Positions 23,860 to 32,825 of a DNA stretch of 53,246 nucleotides are shown piece after piece. The translations under genes were made by a program, and so were the position numbers. The stretch spans positions 1-53,246 of IMG/VR virus record IMGVR_UViG_3300043622_000001; one strand, 5' to 3'. How positions within the stretch are numbered: the first letter of the stretch is position 1; each line of letters opens with the position of its first letter. The notes under the pieces were generated by a model that did not search any database, had not been told where the DNA came from, and saw only the letters and a list, made by a program, of their open reading frames with translations. This DNA is from a virus.

Positions 23860-24274
23860 ACTTGCGCAGGGCCGCCGTCCACGCCGGCCGGAAGAAGGGC
23901 CGCGGCCTGGCGCCGGCGACCTGCTCGACCGGATGGCGGAGGCCGCCCGCCAGCACCTGAGCCTTGCGGGGGGTGATGGGCCGGTGGCCGGGGCCGAAGA
24001 CGCCGGTTCCGAACTCGGTCATCATCCAGCGGAAGTGGTTGGTCCTGATCTCGATGAAGTCCCGGCCTCCACTGATACGAAGACTGGCCGCCAGCTCGCG
24101 GTCGTTGCCCAGCCGCCGCTGCATGTCGTGGAAGGCCGACTCCCCGGTCACCTGGATCGCCTTGTTGGCATCGCCATGGAACGCGTCCACGGCATCGTCG
24201 AGGGAGCCCAGGAACTCGGTGTCGTCGAACTCGACGCCGATGGAGCGATGGATGGAGCCGCGGCGGCGGGCCAT
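23834..24274 (-). CDS. HK97 gp10-family head-tail joining (neck) protein
   Basis: 146 aa. 'MMTEFGTGVFGPG' and 'RPFFRPAW' are typical of the HK97 gp10 family. Confidence 0.75.
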   Translation of the reverse strand: MARRRGSIHRSIGVEFDDTEFLGSLDDAVDAFHGDANKAIQVTGESAFHDMQRRLGNDRELAASLRISGGRDFIEIRTNHFRWMMTEFGTGVFGPGHRPITPRKAQVLAGGLRHPVEQVAGARPRPFFRPAWTAALRKFRQAFAAQ

Positions 24275-24624
24275 CAGGCTTCCTCCATGTCCAGCTCCTG
24301 GCAGTCCAGGACCAGCTCGCGGTGCCCCTCCTGGGAGTCCGTCACGGACTGGATGTCGAAGATCCGGGAGCCGTAGAGGAGCCGGTTCCGGGCGGTGATG
24401 CCGCGGCTCCGGTTCTCACCACGGAGCCTGACGCGATGGGTGAGCGTGGTCTGCGCCTGCGCCGCCAGGAGCGCCTCGCGACCCTGGAGCGGCTCGATCG
24501 CCGCCCAGAGCGTGGCCACGGTAGCCCAGGGGGTGCTCGTGCGGCCCTCGGCGTCCGTGCTGGACGTCTGGGCCTGGAGTTGGACTCGGCGGTTGAGGGC
24601 GCCGGCGCGCGGGACCGGGCTCAC
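24274..24624 (-). CDS. Head-tail adaptor (head closure) protein
   Basis: 116 aa. 'RRVQLQ...WATVATLWAAIEPLQGRE...THRVRLR...IFDIQSV' matches the Phage_H_T_join pattern. Confidence 0.75.
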   Translation of the reverse strand: MSPVPRAGALNRRVQLQAQTSSTDAEGRTSTPWATVATLWAAIEPLQGREALLAAQAQTTLTHRVRLRGENRSRGITARNRLLYGSRIFDIQSVTDSQEGHRELVLDCQELDMEEA

Positions 24625-25196
24625 GCCAGCAGTACCGGCGCGTAGTGCTCCATCAGGTCGCGGACGCCGAACTCGACCTCCTTGGAGATCGACCCTGTGA
24701 AGACGGCCTCCCGGTCGGCGTAGTAGTGGGCGACGAGCATGAGGAGGGCCTGTCGGATCTCGTCCGGGACCAGCTCAGGGGTCGTCCAGCCGGCGACGTA
24801 GGTCACCTTGACAGCACCCGGCAGCCAGGCCGTGGTAGGCCAGGCCACTCCGATCCCCGAAGCCAGCCGGGCCGGCTCGCTGTCCTTATCGACCACGTAG
24901 AACGCGGAGCTCCACGTCTGGCTGGCGCCGGCGGCGTCGAGGTAGACGACCGAGGTCACGGACTGGACCGGCGGGCGCAATTCGATCCAGCCGCAGGGGA
25001 ACCCGTCACGGATGAGCACGAGCGTCTGGGTCAGCAGCGCGAGGCCGTAGTGGCGCTCGATGTAGCGGCGCGAGGCCCGGATGGCGTTCTGGATCTGGGC
25101 GTCGGTGTCGCTGACGTCCACCGAGAGATGCGTCTTCGTCTCCGCCAAGCCCAACGGCTCGACGAGCGGACGGACGGACACCAGCGTCGAGGCCAT
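24621..25196 (-). CDS. Head-tail connector protein (gp6-like)
   Basis: 191 aa. N-terminal 'LGLAETKTHLSVDVSDTDAQIQNAIRASRRYIERHYGLALLTQT' is the classical gp6-like connector signature. Confidence 0.75.
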   Translation of the reverse strand: MASTLVSVRPLVEPLGLAETKTHLSVDVSDTDAQIQNAIRASRRYIERHYGLALLTQTLVLIRDGFPCGWIELRPPVQSVTSVVYLDAAGASQTWSSAFYVVDKDSEPARLASGIGVAWPTTAWLPGAVKVTYVAGWTTPELVPDEIRQALLMLVAHYYADREAVFTGSISKEVEFGVRDLMEHYAPVLLA

Positions 25197-26086
25197 CAGG
25201 CCGCCGCCCTCTCGCGCAGCGCCATCTCGATGCCCTCCTCCAGGGTGACCTTGGGCTGGTAGTAGCGGGAGAGGAGCGTCGTGTCGGCCACCCGGTAGCG
25301 GACGCCCGTCGGCTTGTCCGTCTCGTGGCGGAACTCCGGTTCGTAGCCCGCGGCCCGAGTCATCAGCCGAGCGAGTTCGTTGAAGCTGGTCGGCCGCCCA
25401 GCCCCTAGGTTCACGGGTCCGTCCACGGCCGCCTCGACGAGCGCCAGCGTGCCGGCCACCACGTCGCTCACGTGGATGAAGTCGCGGACCTGCTCGCCGT
25501 CGCCCCAGATCGTGAAGGGGTCCTCACAGCGCCGTGCCCGCTCCAGGAAGGCGCGGAAGGGGTAGGCCGGGTCCTGGTCGGCTCCGTAGCCACTGAAGGG
25601 CCTGACGACCGTGACGGGGACGCCGGCGTCCCGGGCGTGGGCCGCCAACAGCTCCCCGGTCAGCTTCGTCCAGCCGTAGAGGAAGTCGGGCGCCATCGGG
25701 TCGTCCAGCAGGATGTCCTCTTCGCACAAGCGATAGCCCGCCTCCCAGACGCCGTCCTGGAGGCAGACCGGGTAAGCCGCCGAGCTGCTGACGTAGACCA
25801 CCCGACCGGGCCGCGTCCGCGCCGCCCAGCCGAAGTACTCGGCGTCCAGGCTCAGGTCCACGGCCAGGCTGAGGGGCGAGCCCTCGATGCCCTGACGGCC
25901 GCCCACGACCGCGGCGCAGTGGATGGCGAGATCGACCTGGGTGCTCACGTGCCGGAAGTAGTCGCGGGCGTCCCAGGGCTCACGGTCGGCGATGTCCACC
26001 CGCCGGACCTCGTAGCCGCGCTGCTGGAGCGCGCGGACGAAGTGGCGACCGAGGAAACCGCTGGAGCCGGTGACCAGGGCCTTCAC
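25196..26086 (-). CDS. NAD-dependent sugar epimerase/dehydratase (extended SDR)
   Basis: GTG 26086 (GTGA overlap) within ORF 25196..26290. Rossmann 'LVTGSSGFLGRH', 'SSSAAY', catalytic 'YGWTK'. Confidence 0.9.
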   Translation of the reverse strand: MKALVTGSSGFLGRHFVRALQQRGYEVRRVDIADREPWDARDYFRHVSTQVDLAIHCAAVVGGRQGIEGSPLSLAVDLSLDAEYFGWAARTRPGRVVYVSSSAAYPVCLQDGVWEAGYRLCEEDILLDDPMAPDFLYGWTKLTGELLAAHARDAGVPVTVVRPFSGYGADQDPAYPFRAFLERARRCEDPFTIWGDGEQVRDFIHVSDVVAGTLALVEAAVDGPVNLGAGRPTSFNELARLMTRAAGYEPEFRHETDKPTGVRYRVADTTLLSRYYQPKVTLEEGIEMALRERAAA

Positions 26087-26646
26087 CGGCTCCCCCAGAG
26101 CTGGAACGAGTAGATCCCGCCGGCCGGGTGTTCGAGCACCTTGTGCAGCTCCGGCGTCCAGCCCGTCGCCTCCAGCATCCGGCCGACCTCCTCGCAGTCC
26201 CAACTCCAGATGTGCTCCGGATTGCCGGCGCCGTTCTCGCCGTCGGGAGTGCTGAGCACCAGCGCCTTCGCTCGCCGTCGGATCTCGCACAGCACCATCT
26301 CCGGGTCGTCGAGGTGCTCGAGCGTCTCCGAGAGGACCCAGAGGTCCACCGCGTCAGGCGCGATGCACTGGATCGTCTCTTCGATACGGCCCTGGTACTC
26401 GTAGCCGGCCGCGTAGTCGCCGAGGATGGCGTGCGCCGCGTGGGTGGCCTGCAGGCTCCGGGCGATGGCCGCGTCGCCGCAGCTCAGGTCCGCCACCGTC
26501 CCGCCCTTGGGCAGGAGCGCCTCGGCCATCCTGATCGTCTGGTCCACGCGGATGATGTGGTCCGCCCAGCGCGTGTGGTCGTGCGGGCGCGGGTAGAGGA
26601 GCAGCATCTCCATCTCGTTCGGCGCTGGACGCAGGCGGACTCGCAT
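26083..26646 (-). CDS. Class I SAM-dependent methyltransferase 1
   Basis: ATG 26646 (ATGA overlap) within ORF 26083..26991. Motif I 'VADLSCGDAAIA', 'LSETLEHLDDPE'. Confidence 0.8.
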   Translation of the reverse strand: MRVRLRPAPNEMEMLLLYPRPHDHTRWADHIIRVDQTIRMAEALLPKGGTVADLSCGDAAIARSLQATHAAHAILGDYAAGYEYQGRIEETIQCIAPDAVDLWVLSETLEHLDDPEMVLCEIRRRAKALVLSTPDGENGAGNPEHIWSWDCEEVGRMLEATGWTPELHKVLEHPAGGIYSFQLWGSR

Positions 26647-26945
26647 CAGACCGGGCCTCGCTGTCGGTCCCAGTCCGCACCGCATGTCGTGCAGCTCAGA
26701 TTGCGATCCGACCACAAGCGGAAGCTCATCAGGGATCGGCAGTACCGACACCGCATGGTGACCCACGAGTCGGGCGAGGTGTAGATGTTCGGCGGAAAGG
26801 CTCTCTGGCACTCGGCCAACTCGTCCCGGCCGATCGGCGGGTAATGGCCGGTGTACGCTGGCGGCGCTGGTCGCGCAGGCCGCGGCGGAATCGGTGCCGG
26901 GTTTACCAGGCTCGTTCCGTGCTTCCGCCGGAGCCTCACGCGCAT
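26646..26945 (-). CDS. Zinc-ribbon protein (99 aa)
   Basis: ATG 26945 within shadow ORF 26646..27518. 'MRCRYCRSLMSFRLWSDRNLSCTTCGADWD' (CxxC...CxxC). Confidence 0.55.
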   Translation of the reverse strand: MRVRLRRKHGTSLVNPAPIPPRPARPAPPAYTGHYPPIGRDELAECQRAFPPNIYTSPDSWVTMRCRYCRSLMSFRLWSDRNLSCTTCGADWDRQRGPV

Positions 26946-27523
26946 ACGGCGGTTGCCACCTGGAACCAGTCCACTCGCTCGTGCCTGACAACCCGGTATC
27001 CGGCCTGCTCCAGCAGCTCCCGGTAGCCTTCCTCGTCGAAGGCCCAGAGGTGGTGCTCGTAGTGCTGCTGGTCCGTCTCGGTCGCCGGCGAGGAGGCCAC
27101 GATCACCCGGCAGTGCTCGGCCACCTGGCGGACGAAGGCGTGAGGGTCCACGAGGTGCTCCAGGACCTCGGTGCAGACCGCCAGCTCCGCCCACTCGATG
27201 GGCACGTCCATGAAGTCGGCGTAGCGGACGGCGACCCCACGCTCGTAGGTTGCCGCCGCGACGTTGGCCGGGCAGAGATCGTATCCCCAGCGCGGGATGT
27301 CGCGCGGCAGCAGCGAGAGCAGGCCACCGTCGCCGGCTCCGAGGTCTACGACGGAGTGGATGCCCAGCTCCTCTCGTGCCCGTAGAACGTGGTTGGCGGC
27401 GGCGAGGAGACGGTTCCGCTGCGGGCCGAACTGCTCCAGGTGCGGCGCTCGCTCGCGTGGTCGGTGCCACTCGCGCGTTACGCACTCGGGGACCGTGCCC
27501 TCGGGGAAGAGGCGCCACTGCAT
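26936..27523 (-). CDS. Class I SAM-dependent methyltransferase 2
   Basis: 195 aa. Motif I 'VVDLGAGDGGLL', 'CTEVLEHLVDP'. Confidence 0.85.
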   Translation of the reverse strand: MQWRLFPEGTVPECVTREWHRPRERAPHLEQFGPQRNRLLAAANHVLRAREELGIHSVVDLGAGDGGLLSLLPRDIPRWGYDLCPANVAAATYERGVAVRYADFMDVPIEWAELAVCTEVLEHLVDPHAFVRQVAEHCRVIVASSPATETDQQHYEHHLWAFDEEGYRELLEQAGYRVVRHERVDWFQVATAVCA

Positions 27524-28266
27524 CAGGCCGACGCCTTCGCCGCGATCAGCTCCCGAAGCTTAGCCAGGGCCGCCGGGCTCTCCTCGCGGACCCAGCGCAG
27601 GAAGGTGGCGTGGTCGCGGGCGTACATCGCCTGGCTGTTCACCTCCCGGTAGCCGGCGTCCCACTCGGCGCTCCTGGCCAGCGGGTGGAGGTGCTCGATC
27701 ACGACGTCGTCGAGGTAGCGGATGCAGCCGAGCGCCTGACCCAGCCCGAGCCAGAAGTTGTCCATGAAGAGGTGGATCAGGCCGGGCGGGACCATGTAGC
27801 CGAGCGTCCGGATGATGTCGGAGGTCATCACGACCGCGGTGGGCAGGGCTTCGCGCTGGAAGAGGTCGTTGCCGTAGACGATGCCGGTGCCCATCTCCCG
27901 GAGGGCAGCCACCATCCGCTCGTCCCAGCCGGGGGTTCGCGGGCGGTGGTCGTCGCCCATGAAGCCGATGGCGAAGTACTCCGAGGCGTAGGTGCCTGAG
28001 TGTCTGTTCAGGGTTGGCCCGAGACGTTCGCGTGGTTCGTGGACCAGCGCTTGCGCTCGCCCCGACCCGCTCGTGGGCGGGAACTTCCGATACGCCTCGG
28101 CATAGCGCTCCAGGTCAGGGTCGTCCAGATCGGTGACCACCAGGAGGGCCGAATCCCCGGCCACGGTAGCCTTCCACGACTCCAGCAGCTGCGCCACGTT
28201 CTCTGGGCGCCCGCGCGACGGCACAATCACCAGGAGGTCAGACACGACGTCGCATCCGGAGCCCAC
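27523..28266 (-). CDS. GT-A fold glycosyltransferase (family-2-like)
   Basis: 'LLVIVPSRGRPENV' (N-terminal nucleotide-sugar fold), 'FMGDDH' (DxD-like), 'IEHLHP'. Start is GTG 28266 or GTG 28245. Confidence 0.75.
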   Translation of the reverse strand: MGSGCDVVSDLLVIVPSRGRPENVAQLLESWKATVAGDSALLVVTDLDDPDLERYAEAYRKFPPTSGSGRAQALVHEPRERLGPTLNRHSGTYASEYFAIGFMGDDHRPRTPGWDERMVAALREMGTGIVYGNDLFQREALPTAVVMTSDIIRTLGYMVPPGLIHLFMDNFWLGLGQALGCIRYLDDVVIEHLHPLARSAEWDAGYREVNSQAMYARDHATFLRWVREESPAALAKLRELIAAKASA

Positions 28267-28296
28267 GGAGGTAGCCGAGGGGATTCTTGGTCTGCG

Positions 28297-29121
28297 TCAC
28301 CGGGCAGCCTCCTGGGTCGGAGCCTCCTCGGGCTCGGGCTCCACCGGCGGCGGGTCCACGGCGCGCTCGCGCCAGTAGGTGCGTTCCCCCACCCACGTCT
28401 CCTTGTGGTGGCTGGTGGGGACGCCCGTGTGCACGAACACGGGGATGTCGAGCGCTCCCGCCCGCAGGCAGAAGCTGAGATCCTCGCTGACCATCTGGCC
28501 GGTGCTGGGGTTGGGCGCGCGGTTGTACCAGACCGGCCCGAAGCGCTCCAGCATCCGCACCAGCACCGAGCGATGGATGAGAACGCAGGCGGCGCCCGTG
28601 CCGTGGCACTTGACCAGGGCGTCGGGCGGGTAGTCCCAGACCACGGCGAAGCCCTGCTGGCCCTGGTGCTGCGTCCACCGGTAGATGGTGGGCACGGCGC
28701 CGGTGTGGTGGCCGCCCATGCCGTCCAGGTCCAGCTCCCGCTGCCCGAAGCAGAGCGCGCCGACGATGGGCCGCTCCTGGGAATGGGCGGCGCCGAAGAG
28801 ACGGTCCACCGTCTCCGGGGCGAAGCCCATGTCGGTGTCCACCCACCAGAGCCAATCGCCGCGGTCCTCCTGGAGGAACTCGGCGACCGCCTTGTTCCGG
28901 CTCTCGATCAGGCCGTCGGTGCCGTACTTGATCGAGATGAAGCCGCCGGCCAGCACCCGACCGTGATTGGCCATGTCCCAGCCGACGAGCTGGATCATCG
29001 AGTGGTACCACGAGTAGGACACCTTGCTGTCGTGCACGTAGGCGACGACGACGGCCTGCGTCCGGTCGGGCTGCTGGCCCGGCGCGGACGGCGCCCAGGC
29101 TTCGGGGATGGCTTCACTCAT
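28297..29121 (-). CDS. Glycosyltransferase (GT2-like), paralog A
   Basis: ATG 29121 (ATGA overlap). 'WWVDTDMGF' (DxD), 'GTGAACVLIHR', 'EDLSFCLR'. Clearly paralogous to 29118..29825. Confidence 0.8.
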   Translation of the reverse strand: MSEAIPEAWAPSAPGQQPDRTQAVVVAYVHDSKVSYSWYHSMIQLVGWDMANHGRVLAGGFISIKYGTDGLIESRNKAVAEFLQEDRGDWLWWVDTDMGFAPETVDRLFGAAHSQERPIVGALCFGQRELDLDGMGGHHTGAVPTIYRWTQHQGQQGFAVVWDYPPDALVKCHGTGAACVLIHRSVLVRMLERFGPVWYNRAPNPSTGQMVSEDLSFCLRAGALDIPVFVHTGVPTSHHKETWVGERTYWRERAVDPPPVEPEPEEAPTQEAAR

Positions 29122-29825
29122 GGGGCGGTCGTGACCTCGGGGGGATCGCTCAGCCACACGTTCTTCATGTGGTTGGTCCTGATCCCGGTGTGGACGTGGA
29201 CGGGGATGCCGGCGACGGCGCAGCGGAGGCAAAACGAGAGATCCTCACCGACCACGCCGCCCGTGGTCGGGTTGGGCACCGGGTCGTACCAGGCCGAGCC
29301 CGGCTGGGTGGCCGAGATGCACTCGAACACCCGGCGATGGACCAGGATGCAGGCCGACCCCGTGCCGGCCACGCGGATCAGCTCGTCGGGAGGGTAGGAC
29401 TCGTGGTTGACGAAGCCCTTGAACTCCTCGTCGCTGTGCCACTGGTAGATGGTCGGGATGGACTCCGACCGCCACCCGTTGAGGCCGTCGTCCTCGGGCA
29501 GCTTCTGAGCGAAGCAGAGGGCGCCCACGACCGGCCTCTCGATGGGGTCGGCGGCGGCCAGCAGCCGATCGACGGTGTCAGGCGTGAAGCCCATGTCGGT
29601 GTCCGTCCAGAGCATCCAGTCGATGCCCTCGACGCCGAGGAAGCGGCGGACGCCCTCGTTGCGCGCGGCCGGTACGCCCTGGAAGCCGCAGCGGATGAGG
29701 AGGTCGCCGGCCACCCGACCTTCGTGCTGAGCATCGTGGCGGATCAGGCCGAGCACGCTCCGGTGCCAGCAATGGGCGACCTCGTGGCCGTGGACGTAGG
29801 CGAGGATGACTCGGCCGTCAGCCAC
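29118..29825 (-). CDS. Glycosyltransferase (GT2-like), paralog B
   Basis: GTG 29825 chosen within ORF 29118..29888. 'LWTDTDMGF', 'GTGSACILVHR', 'EDLSFCLR'. Confidence 0.8.
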   Translation of the reverse strand: MADGRVILAYVHGHEVAHCWHRSVLGLIRHDAQHEGRVAGDLLIRCGFQGVPAARNEGVRRFLGVEGIDWMLWTDTDMGFTPDTVDRLLAAADPIERPVVGALCFAQKLPEDDGLNGWRSESIPTIYQWHSDEEFKGFVNHESYPPDELIRVAGTGSACILVHRRVFECISATQPGSAWYDPVPNPTTGGVVGEDLSFCLRCAVAGIPVHVHTGIRTNHMKNVWLSDPPEVTTAP

Positions 29826-30075
29826 GCGGGCGGACGTTGCGCCTCTCGCCGGGGCCGGCGGTGGCCTGCTCGACGGTACCCTCAGCATCCTCCGGGGGAG
29901 GCACGCTGTAGCTCATCCCGTAGCGCGCATCGGAACTGAAGAGGTCAGGCCGCGCGACCACGACCGGGTCCGTGGTCGGCCAGTGCTCGCCCTTCCTGAT
30001 CGTCACCGAGTGGCCTGCGGCCATGGCCACCGAGCATGTCGCGGTGGCGTACACGACCTGGAGGGATCCGCTCAC
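29818..30075 (-). CDS. Hypothetical head-module protein (85 aa)
   Basis: GTG 30075 (GTGA overlap), C-terminal part of shadow ORF 29818..31410. 'VSGSLQVVYATATCSVAMAAGHSVTIRKGEHWPTTDPVVV'. Confidence 0.5.
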   Translation of the reverse strand: MSGSLQVVYATATCSVAMAAGHSVTIRKGEHWPTTDPVVVARPDLFSSDARYGMSYSVPPPEDAEGTVEQATAGPGERRNVRPRG

Positions 30076-30365
30076 CCTTCGACCTCGTAGCCCAGCTCCC
30101 TCAGCTCCTTGCGGATGTTCTTCCGGTCCTCCTCGGCAGCCTGGCGGTCGGTGTCGGCCAGAGTGGCGGCCTGGTCGTGGCTCTCCAGCGTCAGCCGGTG
30201 GGCCTCCAGGCGAGCGAGGAGTTGGTGCACACGGGGGTCGCTGGACTCTCCGGGCGAAGGGCGGACGGGGCCGGTCCTGATCACGCTGCGGCTCTCGCTG
30301 GAGGTACCGCTGGTGGCCTCGGGCTGCTTCGCCTCGGACTTGGGCTCGGACTTCTGCTCGGGCAT
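30072..30365 (-). CDS. Hypothetical head-module protein (97 aa), charged/coiled
   Basis: ORF track. Follows the capsid gene after a hairpin. Confidence 0.6.
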   Translation of the reverse strand: MPEQKSEPKSEAKQPEATSGTSSESRSVIRTGPVRPSPGESSDPRVHQLLARLEAHRLTLESHDQAATLADTDRQAAEEDRKNIRKELRELGYEVEG

Positions 30366-30385
30366 CCTCTCTCTCCCTGTGCGGC

Positions 30386-30408
30386 GGGGCGGGCATCACG
30401 CCCGCCCC
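30386..30408 (-). terminator. Hairpin immediately downstream of the major capsid gene
   Basis: GGGGCGGGC-atcac-GCCCGCCCC (9-bp perfect stem) in the 81-nt gap after the capsid stop. Confidence 0.5.
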
Positions 30409-30446
30409 TGGCGTGGTGGGTGTTGACCGAAGTTGCGGAGGGGGAC

Positions 30447-31925
30447 CTAGGCGTTCACAAGTAGGCGGAACGCTAGGTCGTTGACGCTGTTCCCGCCGAT
30501 GCGGGCGTAGGCGAACCAGCCCCGCTGGCCGGTCGGCAGGTTGTTCGTGACGTCGAACATCATCGGGATCAGCTCCACGCTCATCCCGCCGCGGCGCGCC
30601 ACGACGTAGTTGCTGAAGTCGCCGACCACGGCCAGGCCGGTCGTGGCGGCGGTGCCGGTCGTCGTGGAAGGCATGTACGGCGACTCGTACACGGGGCTGT
30701 TGAAGAGGGCGTCCGTCCAGCCCTCGGGCAGGCCCACGGTGAATCCGTGGTACACGTTCGCGGTGCCCAGCTGGCGGATGGCGTTGTTGACGCCCACGCT
30801 CATCATCCAGGCCGCGTTGCGCCGGAAGCGCTGCGGGATCGCCTGCCAGACCTTGTAGGGGTCGGGCGAGCCCAGCGCGCCGCCGGTGGTCAGCGTGACC
30901 CGGACGTTGGTGTTCGCCGAGAGCGCCGTCAGGATGCCTCGGGGCTCGCCGGTGCCGCTGCCCTGGGTGAACTTGTCGACCAGGAGCTCGTCGTAGCCCT
31001 CGGCCAGCAGCCGGCTCATCTCCTGGGCGAAGCCGGGGTAGTCCTGACCCAGCTCGATGCTGTAGGGGATGAACCCGCGGGCCATGTAGACCGTCACGGT
31101 GGGCTGGGCCAGGGTCGGCGAGTCGTCGCTGACCGCCGCCGCCTCGGAGTCGAAGGACCAGCTCACGCCGGCCGAGGAGACGCCCTTCCAGACGTTGGTG
31201 TTGACGTCGACGCTCCTCGCGATCTGAAGGAACGGGTTCCCCGAGCCCTGGGCGGTCAGGATGATGCTGGGGTCGATGAACACCGGAATTCCGAACCCGC
31301 CCGCGGTGGTCGTGCCCTCGGACATGGCCCGGTACTCCTGGAAGGCGCGGACGGCGTCCGTCTCCTCCTGGGAGAGGAAGGGGTGGGGCTGGGTCACCAG
31401 CTTCATCCACGCCTCGCGGTACTCGGTCGTCTCGGTGACCAGGACCCGGCGGGCGATGTCGCCGTTGCGGCTGACCAGGCGTTCGACCTGGTCGCGCTGG
31501 TCCGCCTTCAGGTGGGCGGTGGCGTGGCGGTCGTCGAGCCGACGCAGCGCCCGGTCGCGGGCCTCGGCGGTGGTCAGCCGGCGGACATCACTGAAGGGGT
31601 CGTTGGGGTCCACGCCCAGGCTCCGCAGCGCCACGTTGACGCGCTCGGGGCGGCGCCGCAGCACCTCCTCGACCTTGCGGTGCTCCTCCAGCCTGCCCAG
31701 CACCTGCTGGCGGAGGCTGATCAGGGAGCGGAAGGCGGTGTCCTCGTCGGCCTCCAGCTCGCGGATGCCTCCCCGCTCGTCCATGTGCAGGGTCTGGATG
31801 TGGGCGTCGAGCACGGGGACCATCTGCTCCAGCTCGAGCGGGGTCTTGCCGCGGAGGTCGTTGATGAGGTTGGGGTAGGCGACGGCGGCGTCGATCGGTG
31901 TCGTGGGAGCGTTCTCTTCAGGCAC
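30447..31925 (-). CDS. Major capsid protein (HK97 fold) with a long N-terminal delta/scaffold-like domain
   Basis: 492 aa, directly after the prohead protease. Coiled N-terminal ~190 aa, then a Phage_capsid-like body ('GGFGIPVFIDPSIIL...', 'GRGWFAYARIGG'). Confidence 0.9.
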   Translation of the reverse strand: MPEENAPTTPIDAAVAYPNLINDLRGKTPLELEQMVPVLDAHIQTLHMDERGGIRELEADEDTAFRSLISLRQQVLGRLEEHRKVEEVLRRRPERVNVALRSLGVDPNDPFSDVRRLTTAEARDRALRRLDDRHATAHLKADQRDQVERLVSRNGDIARRVLVTETTEYREAWMKLVTQPHPFLSQEETDAVRAFQEYRAMSEGTTTAGGFGIPVFIDPSIILTAQGSGNPFLQIARSVDVNTNVWKGVSSAGVSWSFDSEAAAVSDDSPTLAQPTVTVYMARGFIPYSIELGQDYPGFAQEMSRLLAEGYDELLVDKFTQGSGTGEPRGILTALSANTNVRVTLTTGGALGSPDPYKVWQAIPQRFRRNAAWMMSVGVNNAIRQLGTANVYHGFTVGLPEGWTDALFNSPVYESPYMPSTTTGTAATTGLAVVGDFSNYVVARRGGMSVELIPMMFDVTNNLPTGQRGWFAYARIGGNSVNDLAFRLLVNA

Positions 31926-32811
31926 GGATGATTCCTCGTATCAGCAGGTCGCGGTGGCGCTGCTGGGCCGACTGGGATGATGGTCGGTCGCCGTTCCCTG
32001 GCGCCGTGCCGGAGGAGTCACCGCCGCCCGCGCTCCCCGCGTCGAGCCGCCCGGTGATGTCTGGTATCGAGTCGAGCGCCGAGCGCACGGTGGCCGTGGT
32101 CGGCTCGTAGGCCGGGAAGACGACCGGGCCAAGCTCGCGGACGTCGATGTCCGTCAGCGTGCGCAGCCGCGGCCGATCCCGACGATCGGCCCACGTCTCA
32201 CCGTCAGGCGGGACGCTGAACCGGAAGGACATGCCGTTCACGGCGCCGTCGCGGACGGCATCGCGGACGGGCTGGATGAGCCAATTGTCGGAGAGGCGAG
32301 CCTGGATGAAGACGCCCTTGCGGTCCTCCTCGGCCCGCTGGATGACCCCCAGCGGCATGTCCCCGATGAGCGGGTGCTTGCCGTGGTTGAACATCAGGAC
32401 CGGCGTCCGCTCGCCAAGCGTGCGGGCAAAGGCCCCGCGAGCGATCGTCTCGTCGAACTCGCCCTCCCAGCTGGAGATCCGGGTCGGCGAGTTGAAGACC
32501 GCGGCGTAGCCCTCGAGCGTCAGCCCGTCTCTCGACGAGGCCATCTCAAACGCCACCGCGCGGACCAGGTCGCCCTCGACACCGGCGGAGTTCATTCCGC
32601 TCATCCACGTGGACGGCAGGGCCGAATCCGGGCACCCGAGGGCGCGCTTGGCCTTCATGACGTGGGCCTTCACCTGGTCGAAGCTGTATTTCTTGGAGTG
32701 GTGCGCGAGCCGGGCCGCGCTGGTGACCTCGGCGCAGCTGCTGATGGGATAGCTGCCATCGGCCATGGCGTACTTGGCATCCGCCCGGACGGCCTCGGGG
32801 TCGTAATCCAT
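31918..32811 (-). CDS. Prohead protease (HK97/S78 family)
   Basis: ATG 32811 with a GGAGAGAGG Shine-Dalgarno. 'LEGYAAVFN', 'LMFNHGKHPLIGDMPLG', 'VNGMSFRF'. Confidence 0.85.
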   Translation of the reverse strand: MDYDPEAVRADAKYAMADGSYPISSCAEVTSAARLAHHSKKYSFDQVKAHVMKAKRALGCPDSALPSTWMSGMNSAGVEGDLVRAVAFEMASSRDGLTLEGYAAVFNSPTRISSWEGEFDETIARGAFARTLGERTPVLMFNHGKHPLIGDMPLGVIQRAEEDRKGVFIQARLSDNWLIQPVRDAVRDGAVNGMSFRFSVPPDGETWADRRDRPRLRTLTDIDVRELGPVVFPAYEPTTATVRSALDSIPDITGRLDAGSAGGGDSSGTAPGNGDRPSSQSAQQRHRDLLIRGIIRA

Positions 32812-32825
32812 GGCCTCTCTCCGAA

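Noticed and set aside
26646-26945. Two adjacent genes both begin 'MRVRLR' (starts at 26945 and 26646), considered as a duplicated start region.
   Set aside because: The underlying DNA differs (atgcgcgtgaggctccgg versus atgcgagtccgcctgcgt) and the similarity ends after six residues, so it is probably coincidence.
29818-31410. A 530-aa minus-strand ORF and a 394-aa plus-strand ORF (30747..31931) overlapping the capsid gene. The long N-terminal extensions of ORFs 21780..23381, 31918..33564, 46501..47709, 47675..48892, 6346..7350 and 7533..8636 are the same kind of artefact.
   Set aside because: Only the C-terminal portions are protein-like, and those begin at internal ATG/GTG codons that overlap the upstream stop. 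The extensions are low-complexity Arg/Pro/Gly runs that overlap better-supported genes in another frame.
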